Assembly: GCF_001194135.2 (NCBI RefSeq)
Contig: NC_068984.1
Location: forward strand, 3,682,472-3,746,176
Direction: 5' to 3'
DNA length: 63,705 bases
Source of the DNA: Octopus bimaculoides
Taxonomy: Eukaryota
Part shown: positions 13,817 through 26,109 of the stretch, piece after piece
Layout: each line of letters starts with the position of its first letter
Numbering within the stretch: the first letter of the stretch is position 1
Program-made: the position numbers and the translations under genes
Notes under the pieces: generated by a model
Told to the model about the DNA's origin: nothing
The model's database searches: none
What the model saw: the letters and a program-made list of their open reading frames with translations, nothing else

Positions 13817-14040
13817 CCTTTCTACTATAGGTACAAGGCCTGAAATTCTGGGGGGGGGTTGAGGGGGTGAGGGGGGGTAGTCAATTTACATCAATCCCCA
13901 GTACTTAATCAGAACTTATTTCATTAACTTGAAAAGGATGAAAGGCAAAGTCCACCTTGTCAGCATTTCAACTAAGAATGTAAAGACAGAATGCACCACT
14001 GCTTAGCATTTTCTCTGACATGCTAGCAATTCTGCCAGCT
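13817..14040 (-). mobile_element. Family A SINE
   Basis: Reverse complement of the family A body with an (ACT)n tail. A second, decayed copy at 13640-13780 has an (ATT)n tail. Confidence 0.75.
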
Positions 14041-14166
14041 CACCTGTGCACATTTTAAGGAAAGTATTATTTATGTGAGGTCCATGTTGTGACTTGACAG
14101 ATGACTATATTCTCGTGTATTTTCCATTTACACTGCGTGACAAAGCAGTAGTTGCAGTAACAGCAA

Positions 14167-14200
<34 letters not shown>

Positions 14201-14989
14201 ATTTGCCTCTCATAGCATGAAGACGTTTTTTTCTTTTATTCTCTTTTCAATAATTTGAAGTGTTTCAAGTGTTTTAAGTATATGTAAAAAATTTTAAATT
14301 ACCAAAGAAATGGGCTGCCCATGATACAGCCTGGACAACAGAAAAAAAAACATTTGTTTCATAAAGTTTTAAAATTTTATCTACACCCATTGCTTCTTCA
14401 TATCCAAAATGCCTGCCACATATGAAGTATAGCAGACAAGACACTTCAATGGCTAACAAAAAAAAAAAGAAAATAGAAAATAAACACAACTAAATGTCTA
14501 TGAGGAAGAAAAATATATACAATACAGTGAGCAGCTAATAGAAGATGTCCTAAATATTCAAACAAATAGTTTAGATGACAGCAACAGTAACAACAACATT
14601 TGCAACTTTTACATTTGCAAATTCCACACATTGAAGCCAGTCTATACAGAAGTCGGATGAAGACTAACCTTCTCTCAATACCAAATGAACAGAGAGAATT
14701 TTTGGATCTATCACAGTTCCATGAAAAGAGATGTAGAGGAAGGAATTTTGTAAAACCCAACTGCATTTCTTTGTCACAGGAGATAATTCAGAAAGAGGTG
14801 AAGGGAAAATGGGTAGCACTGTCTGTGAAAGGATGGAAATGGATAAAATTCCCCACATGCCAAGTAGTACAACAATCCCTCCAAGACATATTAGGAGAAA
14901 TCCAACTGAATAAGTCACCAATTGCCATACCTCTAAAACTGAAAAAGCAGTCTAAAAAAACAAGCTGAAATTGTCAGAAATATCCCTGG

Positions 14990-15230
14990 TTATATATCTG
15001 TGACCCAATACATGGGTCAAAGAAACACAAGAACCACAATATAAGATACTGGACATGATGCAGATCCATGGGCAGTGGTGACCTGAGTGATGCAATATAA
15101 TGTAGTGGTTGAAGCACGTGAAACAAAAAGTAATCGGTGGTCAGGGAACATCAAAAATGAACTTTGCAAGTCCTAATAACTGCTGAAGGCCACAGAACAA
15201 TACCAGAACTATGCACAGTAAAAGGGTGTG
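14990..15230 (+). mobile_element. Possible degraded RTE LINE C-terminus
   Basis: Translation NRWSGNIK...TAEGHRTIP resembles the RTE C-terminal RWSDNIKEW...AEDR motif. The sequence is heavily decayed. Confidence 0.35.
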
Positions 15231-15510
15231 AGATAGAGGAGACGGAGCAGAGAGCCTAGTTCTTTTATTTGTCAGAGTAAAACACACCTTAGAGGTGAAT
15301 GCCCTGAAAGAACTATGAAAACTAAATACAAAATAAGAGCAACAACAACGAAAAGAACAAACCACAGTTTTCTGAGCATCACTATGCAAAACTCGAAGGA
15401 TAGCAAAAGAAATATCATTAGGCCCATGATCTCACAAACAGATGGACCATACCTTGCTAACAGTAGCACCAGCTTGTAATAACACAATCACAGAGCACTG
15501 AAGAAGACAT

Positions 15511-15573
15511 AAAGAAGAAGAAGAAGAAGAGGAAGAGGAAGAGGAAGAAGAAGAAGAAGAGGAAGAGGAAGAA

Positions 15574-15605
<32 letters not shown>

Positions 15606-15612
15606 AGAGGAA

Positions 15613-15671
<59 letters not shown>

Positions 15672-15682
15672 AGAAGAAGAAG

Positions 15683-15714
<32 letters not shown>

Positions 15715-15752
15715 GTAGTAGTAGTAGTAGTAGGAGGAGGAGGAGGAGGACG
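15511..15752 (+). repeat. Compound triplet microsatellite (GAA/GAG)~67, then (GTA)n, then (GGA)n
   Basis: Read directly from the sequence. It is the source of the poly-S and poly-F ORFs. Confidence 0.98.
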
Positions 15753-15990
15753 AGGGCAGCGAGCTGGCAAAATCATTAGCGTGCCGGACGAAATGCTCAA
15801 CAGTATTTCGCCTGTCCTCATGGACTGAGTTCAAATTCCGCTGATGTCAACTTTGCCTTTTATCCTTTTGGGGTCGATAAATCAAGTACCAGTGAAACAC
15901 TGGGGATCAATGTAGTCGACTTATCCCCTCCCCAAAATGTCTGCCTTTGTGGCAAAATTTGAAACCATTATTATTATTATTATTATTGAG
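15753..15990 (+). mobile_element. tRNA-derived SINE family A with (ATT)n tail
   Basis: It has the head gagctggcaaaatcattagc, the B-box-like gagttcaaattcc, the body gggtcgataaatcaagtaccagt and an (ATT)n tail. Homologous copies are at 1465-1680(-), 13640-13780(-), 13817-14040(-), 20722-20900(+), 22828-23030(+), 23033-23290(+) and 55560-55760(+). Confidence 0.85.
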
Positions 15991-16440
15991 AGAGAGAGCA
16001 GCACATGCCATCAAAGTGACACTGGGGTAAAGTATATGAAGCCCATTATACCCCTCATGACTACCCGTCTGATAAGGGTACACTAGGCACATGCATCACA
16101 ACCATATGTGTGCAACATGGTGATTTCATATGAAGATAGAGAGCGCATGACCTCACAAGTGGGGGACAGTTAGAATTTTCTTCAGGTCGAGTAGCCCATC
16201 CCACTCAAAAGGTCCCTGAATAAGGGCTGTTTAAGGATAATGAATGAAACAGCTATGTTTCCAAAAGAGAATTATCCAAACCCCAAAGGATTTCTCTCAA
16301 CACACAATGCTCCCCTACTACCCCTGCTCATGATCAGGGATGCACATAGGGACAAAACAATGTACATGATGACACTTCCAATCAGTTAAGATGAGAAGCC
16401 ATGAGAGCCACTGGCTGCGGTTGCATCTGGGCATTCATCA
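15990..16440 (-). mobile_element. Interspersed repeat with (AAT)n tail, unclassified
   Basis: A block of higher GC bounded by simple repeats. On the minus strand it ends in ctctctc-(AAT)n, and that tract is shared with the adjacent SINE tail. Recognised as repeat-like; the family is uncertain. Confidence 0.45.
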
Positions 16441-17135
16441 TCATCATCATTATTATTATTATTATTATTATTATTGGCAGCGGCGGCGGCGACAATAGTA
16501 GTAGCAGTTATATATGTGCAATTGGTTATTCAAATGATTATTTTAAAACTTTATTAGTAATAACCATTTTAACCCAATATTCATTAATAAGGACCATTCT
16601 AAACCATAATATTTATAAAGTGATAAAATGGAGATGGAATCATGAAAATAGAGGCGCAATCAGTAATAATTAATTGTAGTGAAGGTTGTGCCCTCATCTG
16701 ACACATAAAAATAAAAACACCTGAAAATTAGAACAATTAATGAGTGATTAATGAGAAAACAAAAGAAAGCTAAGGAATAAATAAAGACAACAAATCAAAT
16801 TAAACAAAAAGGTGTCATACTAGATGAGTGATGACACGTCATCATGACAGGCAACTGCTACAATGGCAAGGATGAAGAAGTACAAAGCAATGTTGAGAAC
16901 AATAACAAAAGCTGGTGTAAAACCTAAATGGCTTCTGTGTGGTTTAGGCTCTTCTCACATACAACACTGGTTGACATCGATTTGGCATTTGACTCCAGTT
17001 TTTTTAGAATAAAGACATGGCAAAAAGATAGCAATACCATAAGTGAATCTTCCAGGTTTCACCATTAATGAAGCACCACCTACAGAAAGATGATGTCAAT
17101 AAATAGGAATGGCATTTACATAAAAGCACTTATAT

Positions 17136-17484
17136 GGCTGTGTGGTAAGAAATTTGCTTCCCAACCACATGGTTCTGGGTTCAGTTCCATTGTGTGGCAC
17201 CTGTGGCAAGTGTCTTCTATTATAGCCTCAGGCTGACCAAAACCTTCGCAGTGGATTTGGTAGACAGAAACTGAAAGAAGCCCATTGTGTGTGTGTCTCC
17301 ACCACCACTTGACAACCAGTGTTGGTTTGTTTCATGTCCTGATAACTTAGTGGTTCAGCAAAAAGATTGAAGAATAAGTACCAGGCTTTAAAAATAAATT
17401 TGTACTGGGGTCAAATTCATTCGATTAAAATTCTTCAAGGCAGTGCCCCAGCATGGCCATAATTTGATGATAAAAGATAAAAGA
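17136..17484 (+). mobile_element. Family B SINE
   Basis: Same head, internal (TG)n and 3' part as 5092-5474. Confidence 0.8.
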
Positions 17485-17683
17485 AATACAATCACAATAT
17501 CTTTGATTAGAAATAATAAACAAGGGCAACAAAGCTTAGTTGAGGGACTAGAAAAAAATACATTTCTTCTCTCAAAAGGCAATCCTTAAAACTGCTTCTA
17601 CTATTTCAGTCAACCATAATTTCCGAACCAGTTTTAACCATTATTTTTAGTCTTACATCCATTTTTCCATGTGGTGAGGGGCT

Positions 17684-17904
17684 TTAAACCTTTTAACATT
17701 CAGATTTCTTTGTCCAATTTAATACTTATTTATTCACCTTGTTTTGAATAAATCACATTTTATCTTGCAGCTTTGAGATTTTGATGATCTGATCATATGT
17801 TTTCCGAATGACATTGTAAGGTAGGTGTGAGAAGCCTGATCTGGACAGCTGGGACATTAAACAAGTTGAACCAGATATGGCGAGTTTCAATGCTGAAGAG
17901 TTAA
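17684..17904. mobile_element. piggyBac-type non-autonomous element (degraded)
   Basis: The element is bounded by TTAA at both ends, with decayed inverted ends ttaaaccttttaacatt / aatgctgaagagttaa. Confidence 0.5.
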
Positions 17905-20900
17905 CAATACTTTTTACAGCAGGATACTCTTCCAGCCCTTAATTGCCCAACAATGAAATAAGGGGCAGAGTGCTTTTATTACTATCAAAAGCAAACAGGG
18001 AAGAATACAATGGTAAAGTTTGAATTCATACCCAGTGTTGCCAAAAATGTTGTAACTGTCTTCTATAGATATCAAAACTTATTGACTCTTCCAAAGTAAT
18101 TATTCAAAGCATTTTAATTAACACTGCGCTTCTTTTCTACCTGAATATTTTATGCATTGCAGATTGTAAAATCTGCTTCAAACTATTCTTGTGCCAAACT
18201 TTTTACTTCAATCAACCAGTTAATATTTCTTCTATACAAGTACAACATATGGAGTTAGTTGTGTGACTGATTTTAATTAGATGCTGACAGGAATGGTTGA
18301 TCTTTTGGTATTCTTGTTATTTCAGGAGAATAATTTTTCAAGATATACTCACGATAGGGTGTGAAATGTAAACTAAAATATCCAACAATTATTATCAATG
18401 ATGCAGTGTGGAGGGGCTCTAATCCATGAAACCTATTTAAATATAAGTGAGCTGAACTGCCTTTGGATTGGATAATGCTTAGCAGGAAATATTTAAATAT
18501 TTAGAAGATAAATATCTATGATGGAAAACATTCCTCTGTCTTTGACATTAAGGTGAACTGAGACAAAGTAAGACAATTCTGTGTTTCTGAGATGAGGAAT
18601 TTATATATTATGTATTAGCTGGAGTGGTATCGTCATCTTGATAGTTGCTTTCAAAACACCTGAAGGCGACTGGAGAATACAACAGTTGAAACACAATGAA
18701 AGCAACAGTCAAGACGAAGATACCATTCTCACTATTAGACAATGTAGTAATTAATATATCTAAGTGTTGGCCCAACTGCAGTGATTTGTGCTGCTGTATG
18801 TGTGTTGTGACAACCGTTGACTCTTCCCCTGAATCATTTACTCAGTGTGTAACCTTTAATACTTTCACTGTAAAATGCACACAATAAGTGTTTTTGCTTT
18901 TGTGTAAACTACTCCAGTGCCATTAGAATAAAAGAAATTAAACCAAGAGAAGACTAATTAAGCAACATTTTAGCAAATAATTATAATAATAAAGAAATAC
19001 TTCTATCAAGAAACATAAACAAATCAACTTGAAATTTTACCAATAAATAAAGCAAGTTCCTTGCAATATTTATTTACTGATAATTTCTTTTGACTCGATG
19101 AAAGACTCTTACTAAATTGGCTAAAAATAGTGAATATTAAATAAATAGATTAATTATTATTATTAAAGAAAAACAAAAAAGAAACCGCATATCAGTAATG
19201 GATCGACTGATTGTTCCTATCATCTTAACTTGATATTAGACATGCAACAACTATATTAGATAAACGGAGAGTTTAATAAACACACAACAGTAGCATCGTC
19301 ATCACCATTGATAAATTAAAGTGTGCAAGACAATTTACTAAAGTAAATATTACTATCTAATAGAATCCTGTCAATTGTTTTCTGCTTATCAAAGCTGCAT
19401 TTCAATTTCACGTGTAATAAATTCATTACCAACAAAGAAAAAAAACAAAAAAATAAAATAATAATGAAAGGAAAGCAAAATGATTGCATCTCTATGAGAT
19501 GACGATGGCGGTGGTGGTAGGGAGATGAAGAAAAACAACAACAAAATGAGGCCAGCAAATAAAGAGAGGTTGAGGAAATGTGAAGTAAAATAAAACAAAA
19601 AAAATAATAAATGCTTCTTTTACAAAAACTGCAAAAATAAGGTGATTTGTATGTTTTTTTGTTTTTCTTTTTGTTTTTAAAAGAATTTGTTTGATGCTGT
19701 TTTTCTTGTCCCATCTCTCACAGGTGTGATTTCCTGTTTGCTATTGACTAGTTTTTACCATACAAATAATGTTTTTCGGTTGGGAAAGTGCAGGGAAAAG
19801 GGAGAGAATTAGTAGAGTAAACCATAAACAAGAACCTGATGTATAAACAGCAGGCAGAGACTTAGTCTAAATATGAGTGAGTACATTGCCACACACTGTA
19901 GCAGCACTGAACATTAAAAAAGTAGATAAAAAACAACAGCCCTTCAAAAGATATGTACTAAAACATCAGTACAACTTTTTCTCCTATAAATAGGGCAGGT
20001 TGGCAGAAACAACAGTGTCAAATTCTCAAAGGATAATGAGTAAAAAAAAAAATATATATATATATATAAAAATTTTAGTGTTTATGAAACGAAAACTGTG
20101 AAAGCCACATAGAATGAAAAATGTTGACTATTTATGAAGGAAAAGAGTTGAAAGATTGATAACCAAAAAGCTCATTCAATTAACAAGAAAAATGTTGTGA
20201 AACAGCTATTAAATATTAAATTTATATTTACTACATAACAAATTTACTGTATTTCCATTAATGTCTTCTCAGTGAGATGCTACATTCATAAGAGAATTCA
20301 ATTTCATGTAACATAAAAATACACACAGTAAACAGGACTATAATTTGTTATTCATCAGATAAATTCTAAAATAAATTTGATCTAATTGAAGATAGATTAA
20401 TAGAACGGTTGGGGGAAAAAATTGATAAATTAATTTTTATTTGTAACAGTTGAACGCATACAACTAAACTATTTAATATTATTACTACTACCATTACTAC
20501 TACATGCTAATTTAATTGGCAGGGTTGTATAATCTTGAGGTTTGGTGAAAATATGTCTCTTCAAATCTCAAGAATCTTTCTTAGGGTTCTTACAGAATAT
20601 ATATAAGGATTGCACTTATATTCTGCAGGTTGACAATGCAAGTCTCAATTCCAGAACCCTTCAGATTTTTGAGTTGCAGTTTATTATTATTCTTGTTGAT
20701 CTTGTTATTCTTGTTGTTATTGGTGAGCTGTATTGCTCAGCTGTATTTCTTCAAGCTTGAAGTTCTGAGTTCAAATTCTGCCTTTCATCCTTCTAGAGTC
20801 AGTAAAATAAGTACCAGTTGAGCACTGGGGTCAATGTAACTGACAAGCCCCTCCCTTAAAATTTCAGGTCTTGTGCCCTTCAGTAGAAAGAATTACTATT

Positions 20901-20929
20901 ATTAATGTCGTCTAGAATTGGGATTCTTT

Positions 20930-21250
20930 TTCCTCCAAATCTGGTGCTCAGTGTTTCAAGCGTCTAGAGGATGATAGATGGAAATGTAATGAAGCTCAAG
21001 AACCTATTTATTGTCTTCTCTGGACCATTACTATACCTTGATTTGATTGGTAGGACATGGGTGGCATCCAAAAGGATTTGTCCAATTGTGGGAGAGCTCT
21101 AGCTTCATGTTAATAAGAAGGCTTGGACCAGCTGCAAACTTTTCAACCCTGCAACTCAAGGTAATGTGACCCTTGTTCACCCAGGCCATGACCGATCTGG
21201 GTATGGATTCTGCTTTATTGTCATAAAGGCATGCAGGGTTAGTGAGTAAG
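20930..21250 (-). mobile_element. Possible degraded CR1/L2-like LINE C-terminal fragment abutting the Tc1 remnant
   Basis: The minus strand reads KLELSHNW...NQIKV..VQRR, resembling the LEYAS.VW...LE.VQRRA motif. Confidence 0.35.
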
Positions 21251-21252
21251 GT

Positions 21253-22095
21253 ACAGCTCCCAAAATTACTGCAGAACTTAATGACCACCTCGAGAACCCA
21301 ATTTCCACAAAAACTGTTTGCTGAGAGCTGCACAGAGCCGTATTTCATGGGAGGGCTGCAATCAGAAAACCACTACTTTCAAAAACAAACGATGCAAAGT
21401 GTTTAGAGTGGAGTAAAAACCTACAGAATTGGTCCCTAGAGCAGTGGAAGAAGGTTATTTTCTCGGATGAGTCACCCTTTACCTTATTTCCAACCACCAG
21501 CTGAATATACGTGTGGAGGCGGCCAAAAGAGGCATTTGACCCAGACTGCTTTCTTCCAACTGTTAAACATGGAAGAGGATCTGTGATGATGGGGGGTGGG
21601 GGTGAGGATATATCTTGGAAATCCGCCGGCCCAATGGTTTCCCTTCGTGGCAGAATTAATAGTTGAGACTATTTAAGCATTTTATCTCATCAACTTCATC
21701 CTATGGTTGTGGAACTGTTTCTTGAGGGAAACACAATCTTTCAGGATGATAATGCACCAATTCACACAACTAAAGTTATTACTGAATGGCACGAGGAACA
21801 TTCTAGTGAAGTTGAACATCTTATCTGGCCAACACAGTCCCCAGATCTCAATATTATTGAACATTTATGGTGCATTTTAGAAAAACAAGTAAGGAGTCGA
21901 TATCCACCACTATCATCACTACAAGAACTGGAGACTGTTTTAGCTGAAGAATGGACAAAAATTCATTTGGAAACAATTCAAACTTTGTACGAGTCCATAC
22001 CTCAAAGAATTCAAGCTGTAATTACTGCCAAAGGCAGTACTACTCCATATTAAAATATATTTGTTTGAAATTTTAAGGTGTTTCAATTATTTTGT
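21253..22095 (+). mobile_element. 5'-truncated, inactivated Tc1-like DNA transposon with DD36E catalytic spacing (Incomer-like)
   Basis: Translation gives TAPKITAELNDHLENPISTKTVC*ELHRAVFHGRAAIRKPLL...WKKVIFSDES (first D at 21466), then FQDDNAPIH...WPTQSPDLNIIEHLW...IQAVITAKGSTTPY* (ORF 21703-22053). There are 36 codons between D (21748-50) and E (21859-61). It carries in-frame stops and a frameshift near the poly-G at ~21590. A probable right TIR (ggtgtttcaattattttgt, 22077-22095) runs into an N gap. Confidence 0.93.
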
Positions 22096-22121
22096 NNNNN
22101 NNNNNNNNNNNNNNNNNNNNN

Positions 22122-22160
<39 letters not shown>

Positions 22161-22220
22161 TATACATATATGGTAAATGAAAGATGGAATGTAGAATATA
22201 TGAGAATTTTTATTATTAAT

Positions 22221-22263
22221 CACGACAATTGTTTCGACACTTCTAGCATTGATCCCTCAGGTG
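22221..22263 (-). ncRNA. Minimal type I hammerhead-ribozyme-like motif (core A9 deviant)
   Basis: The minus strand parses as CAC-CTGAGG-GAT...GTC-GAAAC-AATT-GTC-GTG. Confidence 0.5.
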
Positions 22264-22534
22264 GCGGAGGGCACTTAATAACCGGTTCAGAGTTACTGAA
22301 AGGTATTATTTTGCAGAGAAAAATAATAAGGAACAAACCTGAGAAGCATCACCATTTTCAGCAGCATGTAAGGCTGCACTTGAACGAGCAACAGTGTAAA
22401 GATCTCCGTTACAGGATTGCAGCAAGTCTTTACTCGTAGATAAGTTAATGGCTGTCTCCTGATGGCTGCCTCCTTCCATCATCCCATCTTCCTACAACAA
22501 CAAATATTTACCGTTTTATTCAAATGTGTGTGTG

Positions 22535-22785
22535 TAAGGAATTCCAGGGGTGGAAACAAAACCTGGAATCAAAGGGTTTTAAAGTTCACTTAGGAAAAAC
22601 CAAGGGCCTAGTAAATAAGAAATTGGATAGGATTCTACCCACTTCAGGTAAATGGCCTTGCTTGATATGTAGGAAAGGCGTAGGCAGGAATTCCATACAG
22701 TGTACCCAGTGCAAGATATGGACACACAAGAGTTGCAATGGAATAGTAGGAAGCTTAACAGAGAAAGTAGTATCTGTAGAAGATG
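22535..22785 (+). mobile_element. RTE-clade LINE ORF fragment (end of RT plus Cys-rich insert)
   Basis: ORF 22524-22838 reads WKQNLESKGFKVHLGKTKGLV...SGKWPCLICRKGVGRNSIQCTQCKIWTHKSCNGIVGSL, typical of RTE/BovB-like elements. Confidence 0.85.
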
Positions 22786-22827
22786 GACAGAAGTTATTCT
22801 TCTTCTTCTTATTATTATTATTATTAA

Positions 22828-23249
22828 GAAGGCAGTGAGCAGGCAGAATCATTAGCGGCATTTCATTCGTCTTCATGTTCTCAGTTCAAGTTCTGCCAAG
22901 GTCGACTTATCCTTTCAGGGTCAATGAAATAAGCACCAGTTACACGCTGGTGTTAATGAAATCGACTATCCCCCTCCCCCAAATTTCAGGCCTTGTGCCT
23001 ATAATAGAAAGAATTATTGTTATTATTATTGTTAAGGGGGCAAGCTGGCAGAATTGTTAGCATGCTGGGCAAAATGCTTAAAAATATTTCATCTGCCACT
23101 ACGTTCTGAGTTCAAATTCCGCCGAGGTCGACTTTACCTTTTATCCTTTCAGGTTTCATAAATTAAGTACCAGTTATGCACTGGGGTCAATGTAATTGAC
23201 TAGCTCCTCCCTCCCTCATAATTCAGGCCTTGTGCCTATAGTAGAAAGG

Positions 23250-23290
<41 letters not shown>
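22828..23290 (+). mobile_element. Two head-to-tail family A SINEs
   Basis: Two complete head-body-(ATT)n units lie in tandem, directly after the RTE fragment and an (ATT)n tract. Confidence 0.85.
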
Positions 23291-23292
<2 letters not shown>

Positions 23293-24967
23293 CTAAAACA
23301 GATAGTAAAGTTTGGTGCAGTGCCTACTCCTGTCAAACTGTCCAAACCATACCAGCATGGAAGACAGATATTACCTGATGATGCTGGTTTTATAAGACAT
23401 TTTAATGATGTATATCAACCTGTGAGAACAAATATTAAAATTGTTGTAACCAGAAGAGTAATTGCGAGATAGGTGTCAGGAAAGTTGTCAAAGAGTATTT
23501 AAGCTTTGTCAATTTCACTCATCATCTGGTTCAACTTTGCCTTTCAAATTTCTGGGATTCAATAAACACCAAGAAAAAGCCTTTCTTTTTTTGTCAGTGA
23601 AATGCAGCTGGAGTTAACTGAGTAGTTGTAAAAGTAGAACTTAGTACCTGAGAGTTCTTAATCAAGCTTTTTATGCTTCTTCAGCTCAATCAGACCTGTG
23701 CTAGCAATTTCTCTTTGTAAATATGAACTTGCTATAAAACCAAACTTCTTTATATGACTTTGTCGAGTACTTGTTAGTTTAGTATAACTTACTACACAAA
23801 TGTATCCGTGTGTTTAATAATAATTGTACAATATGTAATAGCACTCTAGATGAATGTAATGTTGTCAGAAGCTTATACTTGTATAATATAACAGAGTCCT
23901 CTAGATAAATGGACTATTGTGACTAAACAAACATAAAACATGATATGAAAGTGAAGGCAAGAAAACTTCATAAGAAATAAAAAGATGAACTTTTAGAATA
24001 TTACTAAAGAATCACAATTCAAACTATCATTAAATTCATTTCCAAATTGTTAGATGATTCCTTCATTTTTAAGTGTGGAGAAAGATTAGAAATTTATCAG
24101 CTTTTTTCATTTCTTGTCAGTCTGTACAGAAAAGTGTAAAAAATCTCATATTTGACTGGCAAACTAAAACAAAATAGATTGGGTAATAAACAGTGAAAGA
24201 AAGAAAAACTAAGTGGAGAAAGACCGTAACTTCTATAAACCTTACTTAATTCAATAAAAATATGTTGCCCCTCCACACACACACACACCTTCAAAGTAAC
24301 ACTGTATTCACAAAGCTATAACTTACAGAGAAAGTAATTAATAATAAAGCAAATGGTGAGAGAGAGAGAGAAGGTAGGAGTAAAGAATGGAGAAAAGATG
24401 CTGAATTTAACAGATTCATTGCAACAGATTAATAGAAAAGCCATAAGAAGACTAAGTGCAGCAGATATAAGATTTGAGAGTTTAGTGGTAAATACATCAC
24501 AGAATGGAAAGGCACTAAAATTTCTTGGAATTTACAACTCATTTCACCATCCAACATGGAAAATAAAAATAAAAAAAATAAATTATTGAATCAGTGATGG
24601 TGATGGTGATCTAAGTAACAGATTTTAGTGCTCTACTATTTATTCAGCAAGTGTTCCAATGATTGGCTGACCTATGGAGGAGCTTTTTGGCACTTTTAAG
24701 TTTTTTTACTTTCATATTTATTACACAACCACCACCATCACCATATCATATGATGAGTGCACACCAAAACTGCTAATTTTGATGGCATATCGGTTGTCAG
24801 TAAGACGGTCGACGGTGAAAGAGAATGTCAAACTTGGAGCTGCTTGAACCATTATACAAAATGACTGCAGTTCAACAATGTACTTAGGAACCAAGGAAAT
24901 TACATTCCAGAAAGCATTAAACTGTATTATAGCCATTTCCATTTAGTGTAATGAGAATAGGAAGAGT

Positions 24968-25005
<38 letters not shown>

Positions 25006-26109
25006 TGACAGACAAGCATCTGATTGATAGAAAGAGAATTAGATAAGAAGACAAAAGAACAGTCCATTCTTTTCGGAATATACTGAGGTTACACATTAAT
25101 TGATCCTTCTTAAAAAATATCAAACTTCAATATTATTTTTTTATTATTTTCTCCATTAAAAAGAAGAGCAATGTCCATAGTCTTCCCTTTATCCATTTAT
25201 TTATTCCTATCAAGTTGAAGAAGCTATAGATTTTGGCAGTTGCCATAGATTATTAGAACAAACGCACAGAGAAATAAATGGTTGTTGTTTTAAAATTCAA
25301 TTTCTCAAGCTAGCACAGGCTGAGCAGACCTCATCTTCCATTTTATCATTTCGTCAATGAGACTCTAGGGTCTTTTTATGAATGAACCATGACTTCCCTA
25401 TCTTCCTAGATTTACTTAAGTCTATTCACACTTAAAAAATTTTCCACACTTAACTGAAAGCACTCTTCCATCAGGCCTGTATCAGCCATTCTTATCCCAT
25501 GTTCAAACCAGTAAATGATTGGCTCTTCTACACATAAATTACAGCTCCTTTCTAAATTCATTAGGCTTGTTAACATTTATCGACTCACCAGACACATCTC
25601 TTTTCTTTTTATTTGTGACACACTGTTAACATGACCCTACATGTTTCCCATTATACTTTGAACACCAGCCTACCGCTTCAGTCTTTTTCTCTCAACTCAA
25701 CAACTTTTCTCACATCCCGTATCAACACAAGTGTGCATGTGTGTGCACGTATATGTGTCCATGTATGGACACCCATGTTTAAAGACATTCAAACATTGAT
25801 ACAGACATATATGTAGTATTTAAAATTGATGTTAATAATCTCTTTTGCAAAAATGAACATCTTTTACTTGTTCCATCCAGATCATGGGTTGTGGGCATGC
25901 TAAGGTGCTACCATCAAAATATACACCGTGTGTGTGTGTGTGTGTGTGTGTGCAATTCTTTACACCTCCTTTTTTCCTGTAACAGCTTGATATATTGGGG
26001 AACAGTCAGTTATGTTGTAGGGCAGAATGATTAAAGTAAAAGAAGGGTGACAAGCGGGGCTGGAATACTGAAGAAAGAGTTAGTTACCTGTGTCATGAGG
26101 ATTTGCACC

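Noticed and set aside
15432-15834. Poly-Ser and poly-Phe ORFs
   Set aside because: They are translations of the (GAA)n microsatellite.
24721-24900. CpG-containing segment with Kringle-like (+: SKTVDGERECQTW) or FN3-like (-: FTVDRLTDNRYAIKI) peptide
   Set aside because: The motif spacing is wrong for both domains and there is no convincing pair of splice sites.
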